64,000 nt of DNA from Gemmatimonadota bacterium (GTDB lineage: Bacteria > Gemmatimonadota > Gemmatimonadetes > Gemmatimonadales > GWC2-71-9): positions 12,869 to 76,868 of the forward strand of contig QHTT01000087.1 of assembly GCA_003220935.1 (NCBI GenBank), given 5' to 3'. Within the stretch, counting starts at the first letter, position 1. Each line of letters opens with the position of its first letter. The position numbers were made by a program, and so were the translations under genes. The notes beneath the pieces were generated by a model. That model was not told the DNA's origin and ran no database searches. It saw only the letters and a list, made by a program, of their open reading frames with translations. Shown in pieces: positions 10,450 to 19,788 of the stretch.

Positions 10450-11913
10450 CTACGATGCCCGGGCGTCCCGCTCCAGCGCCTCGGCCTCCTCCAGCAGCGC
10501 CCGTCCCGCCCCCGGGTCCGAGAGCGCGGCCACGTTCACGCGGACGTTTTCCACTGCTCCCGCCAGCGCGGCGCCGGCGAGGGCCGCCGCCACGTTGGCG
10601 TCCGAGTGCGCGTTCTGGTTGCCGATCGCCCCGATCTCCCGCGCCAGCGCCAACAGCCGGACCGCCCCCCGCGCCATCTGCAGCGGAGTCTGCGCCGCGC
10701 CCACCAACGCCTGATCCACCGCGCGACGCCGGCCGGCGTCGCCCTTGGGCAGCCGGTAGGCCTCGCTCACGCGGGCGTAGGCGGCGGCGTCGTCGTCCAC
10801 CAGGCGACGCAACTGGGCTCGCAGCGCGTCCGCCTCGGCGCGGACCGCCACGACGCGCTGCTGCACGGCCGCATACGCCTGCCGCCCGGTGGTGAGCCGG
10901 GCGACCATCGCCACGAGGGCGGCCGCCAGCGCGCCCGCCAGGGCCGCTGCGCTGCCGCCCCCCGGCACCGGCGTGGCACTCGCGAGCTCCTCGAGCCAGC
11001 CGTCGAGCGTCGGGCCCTCGACGCTGCGGATCTTCGCCTCCAGCAAGTGCTCGGTGGCGTCCGAGAGCTTCAGATAAGTGGCGCCCGCGCCCAGAATCGC
11101 CCGCTCGGGAATGAGCCCGACGACCTCACTCTTCACGATGCCGACGCCGCGCTCCCGCGCCCTGGTCGCGACCGCCGCGAACACCGTGGCAGGAGACGTC
11201 GTGTCGATGTCGAGCAGATTCATGGACACCTGAGCCTTCCCGCCCACCAGGAACCCGGAGGCCTGGACCGCCGGCAGCCCGCCGCTCGACGTGCGAATCT
11301 GCTGTGCGATCTGCTTCGCGACCGCGACATCAGCCGTGTCGAGGTAGATGTTGAACGCGACCAGGAAGGGCCGCGCGCCGATCGCCGTCACCCCAGCCGA
11401 CGGATGGACATGCCGTGGCCCGAGGTCCGGATCTGCGGCCGGATCTGTGCCGATCCGGTCGCGCAAACCCTCGAACTCACCCTTGCGGATGTCGGGTAGC
11501 CGCTCCCGTTCGGGGCGCGTCGCGGCTCGGGCATAGAGATAGATCGGAATCGCGAGCTCGGTCGCCGCCCGCTCGGCGAGCCGGCGAGCGAGCGCCACGC
11601 ACTCGTCCATCGTCATGTCGCGGACCGGCACGAACGGGACGACATCCGTCGCCCCCATGCGCGGATGCTGGCCCGTGTGCTTCGTCAAATCGATGCGCTC
11701 GGTCGCAACCCGCATGCTGCGGAAGGCCGCTTCCGCGGCGGCGTCGGGGGGCGCGACGAGCGTGAACACGGAGCGGTTGTGCGACCCGTCCGCCTGCACG
11801 TCGAGCAGCCTCACGCCGAGCACGCTCGTGATCGCGGCCCGGAGCGCGTCGAGCGTTTCACGGTTTCGTCCCTCGGAGAAGTTGGGGACGCACTCCACCA
11901 GCGGAGCGGCCAT
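10450..11913 (-). CDS. ftcD: Bifunctional glutamate formiminotransferase / formiminotetrahydrofolate cyclodeaminase
   Basis: ECVPNFSEGR, HNRSV, HPRMGATDVVPFVP, followed by cyclodeaminase-type PGGGSAAAL domain; ATG at 11913 overlaps the upstream stop. Confidence 0.9.
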   Translation of the reverse strand: MAAPLVECVPNFSEGRNRETLDALRAAITSVLGVRLLDVQADGSHNRSVFTLVAPPDAAAEAAFRSMRVATERIDLTKHTGQHPRMGATDVVPFVPVRDMTMDECVALARRLAERAATELAIPIYLYARAATRPERERLPDIRKGEFEGLRDRIGTDPAADPDLGPRHVHPSAGVTAIGARPFLVAFNIYLDTADVAVAKQIAQQIRTSSGGLPAVQASGFLVGGKAQVSMNLLDIDTTSPATVFAAVATRARERGVGIVKSEVVGLIPERAILGAGATYLKLSDATEHLLEAKIRSVEGPTLDGWLEELASATPVPGGGSAAALAGALAAALVAMVARLTTGRQAYAAVQQRVVAVRAEADALRAQLRRLVDDDAAAYARVSEAYRLPKGDAGRRRAVDQALVGAAQTPLQMARGAVRLLALAREIGAIGNQNAHSDANVAAALAGAALAGAVENVRVNVAALSDPGAGRALLEEAEALERDARAS

Positions 11914-12701
11914 TACGCGGTCCTCAGCAGGTCGAGCAGCCAGCGATGCAGCGTCGGGTTGCCGGCGACGATGGAGCCGGGACGCAGCACGTCGTCCTCG
12001 CCCTCGAGCGTCGTCGCGACGCCGCCCGCCTCGCGAATCAGGGCGACACCGGCGGCCACGTCCCAGGGCGACAAGCTGAGCTCCCAGAACGCGTCGAGCC
12101 GACCGGCCGCTACGTCCACGAGATCGAGCGCGGCCGAGCCGGCACGCCGGATGCCGCTCGACGCTCCCATCACGCGGGAGAACTGGTCCAGGTAGCGCCG
12201 CAGCGCCGGGAGATCCTTGAACGGGAACCCGGTGCCGACGAGCGCGTGCCGGGGCTCGGTGACCCCAGAGACGTGGAGCCGCCGCTCGCCGAGCCATGCG
12301 CCGTGGCCCGTCGCCGCCCAGTACACGAGATTCCGCGCCACGTCGTGAACCACGCCCGCACCCAGCGCCCCGCCTACCAGCGCGCCGATCGACACGGCGT
12401 ACTGCGGGTAGCCGTGCAGGAAATTTGTCGTGCCGTCGAGCGGATCGACGATCCAGACGACGGCGCCGGTGCGCGCGGCGGCGGGGGACAGCTCCTCGCC
12501 GACCACGCTCGACCCCGGCACCTCGCTCATCAGCGCGCCGGCGATGAGCGCTTCCGCCGTGCGGTCGGCGTCGGTCACGAAATCGTGCCGCCCCTTTTCG
12601 GTCCAGGCGCTCGGCGCTGCGGGCACCACCCCGCGAAGGTAAGTCGCGGCACGGTCGGCGGCGCGCTTCGCCACGTCGACTAAGTCTTTGAGTTCTCGCA
12701 C
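11913..12701 (-). CDS. suhB: Inositol monophosphatase family protein
   Basis: DFVT.AD, WIVDPLDGTTNF, GSAALD, WDVAAG; GTG start at 12701 inferred. Confidence 0.88.
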   Translation of the reverse strand: MRELKDLVDVAKRAADRAATYLRGVVPAAPSAWTEKGRHDFVTDADRTAEALIAGALMSEVPGSSVVGEELSPAAARTGAVVWIVDPLDGTTNFLHGYPQYAVSIGALVGGALGAGVVHDVARNLVYWAATGHGAWLGERRLHVSGVTEPRHALVGTGFPFKDLPALRRYLDQFSRVMGASSGIRRAGSAALDLVDVAAGRLDAFWELSLSPWDVAAGVALIREAGGVATTLEGEDDVLRPGSIVAGNPTLHRWLLDLLRTA

Positions 12702-12740
12702 CTTGCGGCGCCGTACTCTCCGGTCGTAGGTTGTCAGCCC

Positions 12741-13739
12741 ATGGCGCGCGTCTTTTCTGGTATCCAGCCCTCGGGCGAGCTGCACATCGGCAACTACTTG
12801 GGCGCGGTGCAGCACTGGGTCAAGCTGCAGCGCCAGCACGACTGCCTGTTCTGTGTGGTGGACCTGCACGCCATCACGCAGCCCTACGAGGCGTCGAGCC
12901 TCTCCCAGCGGACCATCGACATGGCCGTCGGGCTGTATGCCGTGGGACTAGACCCGCAGCACGCGATCGTGTTCGTGCAGTCGCACGTCCCCGAGCATAC
13001 CGAGCTCAACTGGCTGCTCAACACCGTGACGCCGCTCGGTGAGCTCGAGCGCCAAACGCAATTCAAGGATAAAGCGCAGCGCCAGGCGAGCGTGGCGGCG
13101 GGGCTGCTCAATTACCCCGTGCTCCAGGCCGCTGACGTATTGCTCTACCGGGCCACGCTCGTTCCGGTCGGCGAGGACCAGCTCCAGCACCTCGAGCTGA
13201 TGCGCGAGATTGCGCGCCGCTGGAATGCCCGCTTCACGAACAACGGCGGCTTCGCCTTTCCCGAGCCGCAGGCGCTGCTATCCACGGCGAAGCGTGTCTT
13301 GGGGCTGGACGGCCAGGCGAAGATGTCCAAGAGCTTGGGCAACACCATCGGCTTGCTCGACTCGCCGGAGACCATTTGGGAGAAGCTCAAGCCGGCCGCA
13401 ACCGACCCCGCCCGGGTCACTCGGAAAGACCCCGGCAACCCCGACATCTGCAACATCTTCACCATCCACCAGGGCTTCTCGAGCCCCGAGACCCAGGCGC
13501 GGGTCGCGCACAATTGTCGCACTGCGGGCTGGGGCTGCCTCGACTGCAAACGCGTGCTGGCGGACAATATGATAGCCGCGCTCGCTCCCGTCCGCGAGCG
13601 GGCGCAGGCGCTTCAGGCGGAGCCGAGCGGCGTGCGCGCGACGTTGCGCGCGGGCGCGGCGAAGGCGCGGGTGCTCGCCCGCGAGACCATGACGCAGGTG
13701 CGCCGCTGCATGGGCCTGCTCGACGCGGGGGAGGCCTAA
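12741..13739 (+). CDS. trpS: Tryptophan--tRNA ligase
   Basis: SGIQPSG.LHIGNY, YPVLQAAD, VPVGEDQ, KMSKS. Confidence 0.97.
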   Translation: MARVFSGIQPSGELHIGNYLGAVQHWVKLQRQHDCLFCVVDLHAITQPYEASSLSQRTIDMAVGLYAVGLDPQHAIVFVQSHVPEHTELNWLLNTVTPLGELERQTQFKDKAQRQASVAAGLLNYPVLQAADVLLYRATLVPVGEDQLQHLELMREIARRWNARFTNNGGFAFPEPQALLSTAKRVLGLDGQAKMSKSLGNTIGLLDSPETIWEKLKPAATDPARVTRKDPGNPDICNIFTIHQGFSSPETQARVAHNCRTAGWGCLDCKRVLADNMIAALAPVRERAQALQAEPSGVRATLRAGAAKARVLARETMTQVRRCMGLLDAGEA

Positions 13740-14410
13740 TGCAGCACGTCGCCCAGCAGATCGTCGTCATGCTCCGCTTGGAGCTGTTCCTCCAGCTCTG
13801 TCTCGCGACGCTGTTCGGAGGGGCCATCGGCCTGGAGCGGGAGCTCGGGGGCAAGCCGGCCGGCCTGCGGACGAACATCCTGATCTGCATCGGATCGATG
13901 CTCTACACGAAGTTGTCGATCACGATGGCTACGGGGACCGCCGACCCGACGCGCGTGGCCGCCCAAATCGTCACCGGTGTCGGCTTCATCGGCGCCGGCA
14001 CGATCCTCCACGCGCGCGGTGCGGTCGTCGGCCTGACGAGCGCGGCGACGATCTGGGTAGTGGCGGCGATCGGCGTCGCGCTCGGCGCGACATTCTACTG
14101 GGAAGCGGCCGGCACCACGCTGCTGGTGCTGCTCGTACTCCAGGGACTCGGGCGCGTCGAGTTGCTGGTGGAGCGTCAGTCCACGCAGAGCATGCTCACG
14201 GTTCACACCCGTCCGGACCCGACCGTGCTGGAGGATCTCGAGACGGTAGTGCGCCGCACGGGGCTCGAGATCGAGCGCCAAGCCAGTCGCCGCGAGAACG
14301 TCGATATGGTGATCGACTTCACGCTGCGCGGACCGAAGCGGCTCCACGACCAGGTGATGATCGCGCTGCTCCATCACCCGGGCGTGCGGACCGTCTCCAC
14401 CGGAGAGTGA
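13739..14410 (+). CDS. MgtC/SapB family membrane protein
   Basis: IGLERE, KPAGLRT, RVAAQIVTGVGFIGAGTI, GLTSAATIW; ATG overlaps the trpS stop. Confidence 0.9.
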   Translation: MQHVAQQIVVMLRLELFLQLCLATLFGGAIGLERELGGKPAGLRTNILICIGSMLYTKLSITMATGTADPTRVAAQIVTGVGFIGAGTILHARGAVVGLTSAATIWVVAAIGVALGATFYWEAAGTTLLVLLVLQGLGRVELLVERQSTQSMLTVHTRPDPTVLEDLETVVRRTGLEIERQASRRENVDMVIDFTLRGPKRLHDQVMIALLHHPGVRTVSTGE

Positions 14411-15435
14411 CGCGTCGCCTCGTCGTCGACCTCGCTTCGCCGCGGGCCGCCTGGCGGGTCCCGCCGTCTGCGGTGCAGGCGATTCGGGACGCCTTGGGCG
14501 AGGCGTGGGAGGTGGTCGAGGTCCACGCGCCGGCGGCGTCGGACGGGGACGGCGGCTCCGGGACGCCGGAGGCGAACGCCGCGGCGCGCGGGGCCGAGAT
14601 CTACGTCGGGTATGGCGTCCCAGCCGGCGTCGTGCAGGCGGCCCGCGGCACGCTCAAGTGGGCCCACACCGGCACGGCGGGGGTCGGCGCGAGTCTGCCG
14701 CATCTCAAGGGGACTGGCGTCGTGCTCACGAACTCCGCCGCGGTGCACGCCGATCCGATCGCGGATTGGGCGATCGCCGCGATAGCGTACTTCGCCCGCG
14801 GCCTCGACCGGTTGCGCGAGTTCCAGGTGGCGGAGCGGTGGGCGAGGGTGGAATTCGCTGACCTGGAGATCGCGGTGCGGGAATTCGGCGAGCTGCGCGT
14901 CGGCGTCTTCGGGCTGGGCGGGATCGGCGGGGCAGTGGCTCGCCGGGCGCTGGCGCTTGGGATGCGCGTGGCGGGGGTGCGTCGCCACCCCGAGCGCGGC
15001 GGGCCGCCCGGTGTGCGCTGGGTCGGGGGACCAGGCGACCTCGGGCGCCTGGCCGCCGAGAGCGACTGCCTGGTGATCGCCGCGCCGCACACCCGCGAGA
15101 CGGTGGGCGTGGTGACGCGGGAGGTGCTGGAGCGCCTCCCCACGGGGGCGATCGTCGTCAACGTTTCTCGCGGGACGCTCTTGGACGAGGCGGGCCTGCT
15201 CGATCTGCTTGACGCTGCTCGCATTCGAGGCGCGGCGCTCGATGTGTTCTCGGCGGAGCCCCTCCCGGCGGGGCATCCACTGTGGCGTCACCCCCGGGTG
15301 CTGGTGAGCCCCCACGTGGCGGCTGTGACGACGCGCTTCTGGGAGCGCGAGACGGGGCTGATCGTGGAGAACATCCGACGCTATCTTGCAGGGGCGCCCC
15401 TCGCCAACGTCGTCGACCTGGAGGCTGGCTACTAG
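14407..15435 (+). CDS. D-isomer specific 2-hydroxyacid dehydrogenase
   Basis: GLGGIG Rossmann motif, VNVSRG, LDVF..EPL, SPHVA. Confidence 0.9.
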   Translation: MTRRLVVDLASPRAAWRVPPSAVQAIRDALGEAWEVVEVHAPAASDGDGGSGTPEANAAARGAEIYVGYGVPAGVVQAARGTLKWAHTGTAGVGASLPHLKGTGVVLTNSAAVHADPIADWAIAAIAYFARGLDRLREFQVAERWARVEFADLEIAVREFGELRVGVFGLGGIGGAVARRALALGMRVAGVRRHPERGGPPGVRWVGGPGDLGRLAAESDCLVIAAPHTRETVGVVTREVLERLPTGAIVVNVSRGTLLDEAGLLDLLDAARIRGAALDVFSAEPLPAGHPLWRHPRVLVSPHVAAVTTRFWERETGLIVENIRRYLAGAPLANVVDLEAGY

Positions 15436-16613
15436 TGGAGGAGAAGTCCCGCAGCGCTCGGGCCAGCGCCGAGACGCAACCGCGCGGCGTCGAGCAGATC
15501 ATCAAGGCGGCGATCGATCGCGGGGCTTCCGACCTGCACATCAAGGCCGGCGACGTGTTTCGAGCCCGCATCGACGGCAAGCTGGTGCCTCTCACGAAGC
15601 AGCGGCTCACGCCCGAGCAGACCAGGGCGATCGCGCTGCGCCTGATAGTCAACGAGGACGACCGGGGCCGGCTGGACAAGCTGCACGAGTACGACTGCTC
15701 GTGGGGCGTGCCGGGGGTCGGGCGCTTCCGCATCAACATCCTCCGGCAGCGCTCGTCGTTCATGATCGTGATGCGCGTGATCCCGTTCGACATCCCGACG
15801 TTCGAGTCGCTCAAGCTGCCGTCCATCCTCACGACGATCGCGGCGGCGGAGCGGGGCTTGGTCCTCGTCACCGGGGGCACCGGCTCGGGAAAGAGCTCCA
15901 CGATGGCGGCGATCGTGAACCACATCAACCAGACGCACCAGAAGCACGTCGTCACGCTCGAGAACCCCATCGAGTTTCTGCATCGCGACATCAACTCCTC
16001 CATCACGCAGCGCGAGATCGGGGTAGACACCGAGGACTTCCGGGCCGGCCTGCGGGCCGCGCTGCGGCAGGATCCAGACGTGATTCTCATCGGGGAGCTG
16101 CGGGACGTCGAGACGGTCGATACCGCGCTGAAAGCGGCCGAGACGGGGCGCCTGGTGATCTCGACCCTGCATACCCCCGACGCGGCGACGACCGTGAGCC
16201 GTGTCCTGGCGATGTTCCCGCCCGAGGAGCAGGTGATCGCGCGCTTGCGGCTGGCCGAGGCGCTCCAGGCCGTGGTGTCGCAGCGGCTGTTACCGCGCGC
16301 CGACGGCCACGGGCGCGCGGCGGCCGTGGAGATCCTGATCTGCACTGCGGCCGTGCGCGACATCATCCGGGACGCGAACCGCACGCCCGAGCTGCACAAC
16401 TACATCCGCGACGCCCGCGAGCAGTATGGGATGCAGACCTTGGACCAGCACCTGCTGGACCTGGTCGCGGAAGAGGTCATCACGTACGAGACGGCCCTCG
16501 CCGCCGCGATGCCATCGGTCGACTTCGAGCTCCAGATGCGGACGCTGCGACGCCGCTCGCGCGTGACCGAGCCGGCGGCGGCGGCTCAGTCGAGCGTGCC
16601 CCGCAAGCGGTGA
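15435..16613 (+). CDS. PilT/PilU-family type IV pilus retraction ATPase
   Basis: GASDLH, Walker A GGTGSGKSST, ALRQDPDVILIGELRD, GMQTLDQ; start uncertain. Confidence 0.9.
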   Translation: MEEKSRSARASAETQPRGVEQIIKAAIDRGASDLHIKAGDVFRARIDGKLVPLTKQRLTPEQTRAIALRLIVNEDDRGRLDKLHEYDCSWGVPGVGRFRINILRQRSSFMIVMRVIPFDIPTFESLKLPSILTTIAAAERGLVLVTGGTGSGKSSTMAAIVNHINQTHQKHVVTLENPIEFLHRDINSSITQREIGVDTEDFRAGLRAALRQDPDVILIGELRDVETVDTALKAAETGRLVISTLHTPDAATTVSRVLAMFPPEEQVIARLRLAEALQAVVSQRLLPRADGHGRAAAVEILICTAAVRDIIRDANRTPELHNYIRDAREQYGMQTLDQHLLDLVAEEVITYETALAAAMPSVDFELQMRTLRRRSRVTEPAAAAQSSVPRKR

Positions 16614-17497
16614 GCGGTCGGCCGTTCGCGGGGGTGCTCGCCCCCATCACAACGCCGTTCGACGGCGCCACCGGCGCGGTGGCCCCGGTGCACCTCCGCC
16701 AGAACGTGGTCCGCCTGCTGGATGCGGGCCTGGACGGCGTCGTCGTCGCGGGCTCGACGGGCGAATCCGCCTTGCTCGACCCGGACGAGCAACGCCGGAT
16801 GATCGGCTGGGTGCGCGAGGTGCTGCCCGATGGGCGCTGGCTCGTTGCCGGGACCGGCGCCGAGTCCACACGGCAAGCGGTGGCGCTCACGGGCGCCGCG
16901 GCGGCGGAAGGGGCGCATGCGGTGCTGGTGCGCCCGCCTGCCTACTTCGCGAACGCGACGTCCCCCGCCACGCTCGCCGCCTACTATCGTGCCATCGCGG
17001 ACGCGAGCCCCGTCCCCGTGTGGATTTACAACATTCCCAAGTACACGCACCTCGCGCTCGCGGCGGGACTGCTGCAGCAGCTCGCGGAGCACCCGAACAT
17101 CCGCGGCGTGAAGGATTCCTCGGGGGACGTGAAGAACCTGGCGGCGTATCGCAACGCGCTGCCCCGGTGGAGCGTCCTGGTGGGTTCGGGATCGCTCCTC
17201 TACTCGGCGCTCGAGCTCGGCTGCGACGGGGGCATCCTGGCAGTGGCGTGCTTCGCGGCTCGCCGCTGCGCCGACCTCGTCGCCGCGTTCCGCGCAGGGG
17301 ATCGGGGCCGCGCCGGGGCGCTGCAGGAGTCGCTGGGGCGGCTCGACAAGGAGATCGTCGCGAAGCTCGGCCCCGCAGGGGTGAAGGCCGCGATGGACGC
17401 CGTGGGAGGGGGGCTGTACGGCGGCCCCGTGCGGGCGCCGCTCGCGCCGCTGGCCCCGGCCGAGCGGGAGCGGGTGGCGAGCCTCGTCTGCGCGTGA
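16610..17497 (+). CDS. DHDPS/NAL-family class I aldolase (DapA paralogue)
   Basis: APITTPF, GSTGE, YNIP, Schiff-base Lys in GVKDSSG; GTGA overlap with upstream gene. Confidence 0.85.
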   Translation: MSGRPFAGVLAPITTPFDGATGAVAPVHLRQNVVRLLDAGLDGVVVAGSTGESALLDPDEQRRMIGWVREVLPDGRWLVAGTGAESTRQAVALTGAAAAEGAHAVLVRPPAYFANATSPATLAAYYRAIADASPVPVWIYNIPKYTHLALAAGLLQQLAEHPNIRGVKDSSGDVKNLAAYRNALPRWSVLVGSGSLLYSALELGCDGGILAVACFAARRCADLVAAFRAGDRGRAGALQESLGRLDKEIVAKLGPAGVKAAMDAVGGGLYGGPVRAPLAPLAPAERERVASLVCA

Positions 17498-18426
17498 CGG
17501 ATGCCTGTGCCCTGCTCGAGGAGATTTCCGTCTCGCGACTGGTCGGCACGCGCCGCCACGCCGCCGTCCGCGAGATTCTGAAGCGCGAGCTCGCCGCGCG
17601 AGGGTTTGTCGTCATGGAACAACAATTCCTGGCGCGGCCGCAGCTACCGCTGTGGGGTCGCGCGCCCGCCGACGCCGTCAACCTCATCGCCGTCCGACCG
17701 CGCGCCCGCATCACCACCTGGCTTGCCGCGCACTACGACTCGAAGGGCCAGGCGATCTCGATGGCCACGCGTTTGCTGCTGGCGGCCGCGTGCCTCGTGG
17801 GCTGCCTCGTCGCTGTGGCGGCGCTGCTGGCAGGCGGCCCGGCGCTCGTACTGGCGCTTCCGGTCGCGCTCGCGTCGCTGTTCGTCGGTCTGGGCCGCGT
17901 AGCGGGCGGCTCTCCCGGGGCGGTGGACAACGGCTCGGGCGTGGTGACCGTGCTGGCGACGGTGGACGCGCTCCCGCCCGATGCGGCGGTGGGCATCGTC
18001 TTCACCGACGCCGAAGAGCAGGGACTGCTGGGCGCGAGAACGCTCGTGCGGGAGCGCGCCAACCTCTTGGCGGACACCACCGTCATCAACTTCGACGGCA
18101 TCGACGACCACGGGCGGACAATCGCCTTCGTGCATCGTGGCGGTCCGATCGTGGATGAGATCGTGCGCTCGCTCGGCGCCCGGCGCGCCCGCCTGCTGCC
18201 GGTCCTCGTGGACGGGTTGGCCCTCGCGCCCGCTGCGCGGGAATGCATGACGATCATGCGAGGCGACTGGGGCACGGCGCGGGTCGTGCACACGCCGCGG
18301 GATACGGCGGGGCGGTTGACGTTGAAGGGGGTGCAGCTCGTGGCAGCGGCGGTTGCGGACGTGCTGCGCGATGCTCCCACCCTCAAGGGTGGGCTCGGCC
18401 TGAGGGCGCGGAAAACGGCGCGTTGA
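17494..18426 (+). CDS. M28-family Zn peptidase with internal transmembrane hairpin
   Basis: AHYDS, GAVDNGSG, DAEEQGLLG, INFD, HTP.D; hydrophobic insert. Confidence 0.8.
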   Translation: MTDACALLEEISVSRLVGTRRHAAVREILKRELAARGFVVMEQQFLARPQLPLWGRAPADAVNLIAVRPRARITTWLAAHYDSKGQAISMATRLLLAAACLVGCLVAVAALLAGGPALVLALPVALASLFVGLGRVAGGSPGAVDNGSGVVTVLATVDALPPDAAVGIVFTDAEEQGLLGARTLVRERANLLADTTVINFDGIDDHGRTIAFVHRGGPIVDEIVRSLGARRARLLPVLVDGLALAPAARECMTIMRGDWGTARVVHTPRDTAGRLTLKGVQLVAAAVADVLRDAPTLKGGLGLRARKTAR

Positions 18427-18451
18427 CTCCGACTGGTAGGCGGTCTAGCTT
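18423..18451 (+). promoter_or_regulatory. Putative sigma70 promoter for purA
   Basis: TTGACT-17 bp-TAGCTT. Confidence 0.5.
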
Positions 18452-18469
18452 CTGCCAGAGGATGCTCAC

Positions 18470-18496
18470 ACGCCCCGTCCCGCGCGGGGCGTTTTT
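18470..18496 (+). terminator. Intrinsic terminator-like hairpin immediately upstream of purA
   Basis: ACGCCCCG-7 nt-CGGGGCGT followed by TTTT. Confidence 0.6.
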
Positions 18497-18507
18497 ATTG
18501 GAGCGCT

Positions 18508-19788
18508 ATGTTCGGACCGAAGACGCACTGCGTCGTGGTGGTGGGTGCCCAGTGGGGCGACGAGGGGAAGGGAAAGCTCGTCGACGTCCTCGCCGAGCGG
18601 GCCGATCTGGTCGTGCGCTATCAGGGGGGCGCCAACGCCGGGCACACCGTCGACACCGGCGCCGGCGAGTTCGTGCTGCACCAGATTCCCTCAGGGATCA
18701 TTCAGGGCGCCGTGTGCGTGGTCGGGAACGGCGTGGTGCTCGATCCGGAGACGTTCTTCACCGAGCTCGACGCCCTCACATCACGCGGGATTCGTACCGA
18801 TCACAAGCTCTACGTCTCGGATCGCGCGCACCTGACGCTCCCCTATCACAAGCTGCTCGACCGCGCGCGCGAGCAGCGGGACAAGATCGGCACCACCGGG
18901 CGCGGCATCGGGCCAACCTACGAGGACAAATATGGCCGGCGCGGCATTCGGGTGGGCGACCTGCGCAACCTCGACCGCGCCAAAGAGCTCGTCTGCGCCC
19001 GCGTCGGGGCGGCGAACGAGTTCCTCGAGCTGCTCGGCTCGCCCGAGCGGGCCGACTCCGCCGAGCACGTGGCCCTGCTCGACCGCCTTGCCCCTCGCCT
19101 CCTGCCGATCGCCGTCGACGCCGGCCGAGTCGTGTACGAAGCGCTGCAGCGCGGCGAGTCCGTCCTCCTGGAAGGGGCGCAGGGCGCTTTGCTCGACGTC
19201 GATCACGGCACCTATCCCTACGTGACGTCGTCCAACACCACCGCGGGTGGCGCGGCGGTCGGCGCCGGGATCGGCCCCACCGCCATCGACGCGGTGCTCG
19301 GCGTAGTCAAGGCCTACACGACCCGCGTGGGCAACGGGCCGCTCCCGACGGAAGCGGAAGCGAAGCTCGCCGAACGCATCCGCGAGCTGGGCGGCGAGTT
19401 CGGGGCGACCACCGGCCGGCCGCGTCGCTGCGGCTGGTTTGACGCCGTGGTCGTGCGCTACGCCGTACGGGTGAACGGTCTCACGGGCCTCGCCGTGACG
19501 AAGCTCGACGTGCTCGATTCGTTCTCCCAGATCCCCGTGTGTGTCGGGTACCGTCTCGACGGTGAGCCGTTCGACAGCATGCCCGCCGAGGTGGAACGCC
19601 TCAATCGCGTGGAGCCCGCCTACGAGACGCTTCCCGGCTGGCAGAGGTCGCTCAGCCACGTGCGGCGCCTCGCCGACCTGCCGCCGGCGGCGCGAGCCTA
19701 TCTCGACCGGCTCCAGGACCTGGCCCACGCGCCCATCCACTACGTGAGCGTCGGCACCCGCCGGGACCAGATCATCGAAGTGACGTGA
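18508..19788 (+). CDS. purA: Adenylosuccinate synthetase
   Basis: GAQWGDEGKGK, GGANAGHT, IGTTGRGIGP, EGAQG, TTGRPRRCGWFD. Confidence 0.98.
   Translation: MFGPKTHCVVVVGAQWGDEGKGKLVDVLAERADLVVRYQGGANAGHTVDTGAGEFVLHQIPSGIIQGAVCVVGNGVVLDPETFFTELDALTSRGIRTDHKLYVSDRAHLTLPYHKLLDRAREQRDKIGTTGRGIGPTYEDKYGRRGIRVGDLRNLDRAKELVCARVGAANEFLELLGSPERADSAEHVALLDRLAPRLLPIAVDAGRVVYEALQRGESVLLEGAQGALLDVDHGTYPYVTSSNTTAGGAAVGAGIGPTAIDAVLGVVKAYTTRVGNGPLPTEAEAKLAERIRELGGEFGATTGRPRRCGWFDAVVVRYAVRVNGLTGLAVTKLDVLDSFSQIPVCVGYRLDGEPFDSMPAEVERLNRVEPAYETLPGWQRSLSHVRRLADLPPAARAYLDRLQDLAHAPIHYVSVGTRRDQIIEVT

Noticed and set aside
10450..12297. 615 aa ORF read as an extended FtcD
   Set aside because: The N-terminal part overlaps suhB in another frame; homology starts at MAAPLVECVPNFSEG (11913)
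15386..17497. 703 aa ORF suggesting a large fusion to the DapA-like protein
   Set aside because: The upstream part is an alternate frame of the PilT gene; real start is GTG 16610 at a GTGA overlap
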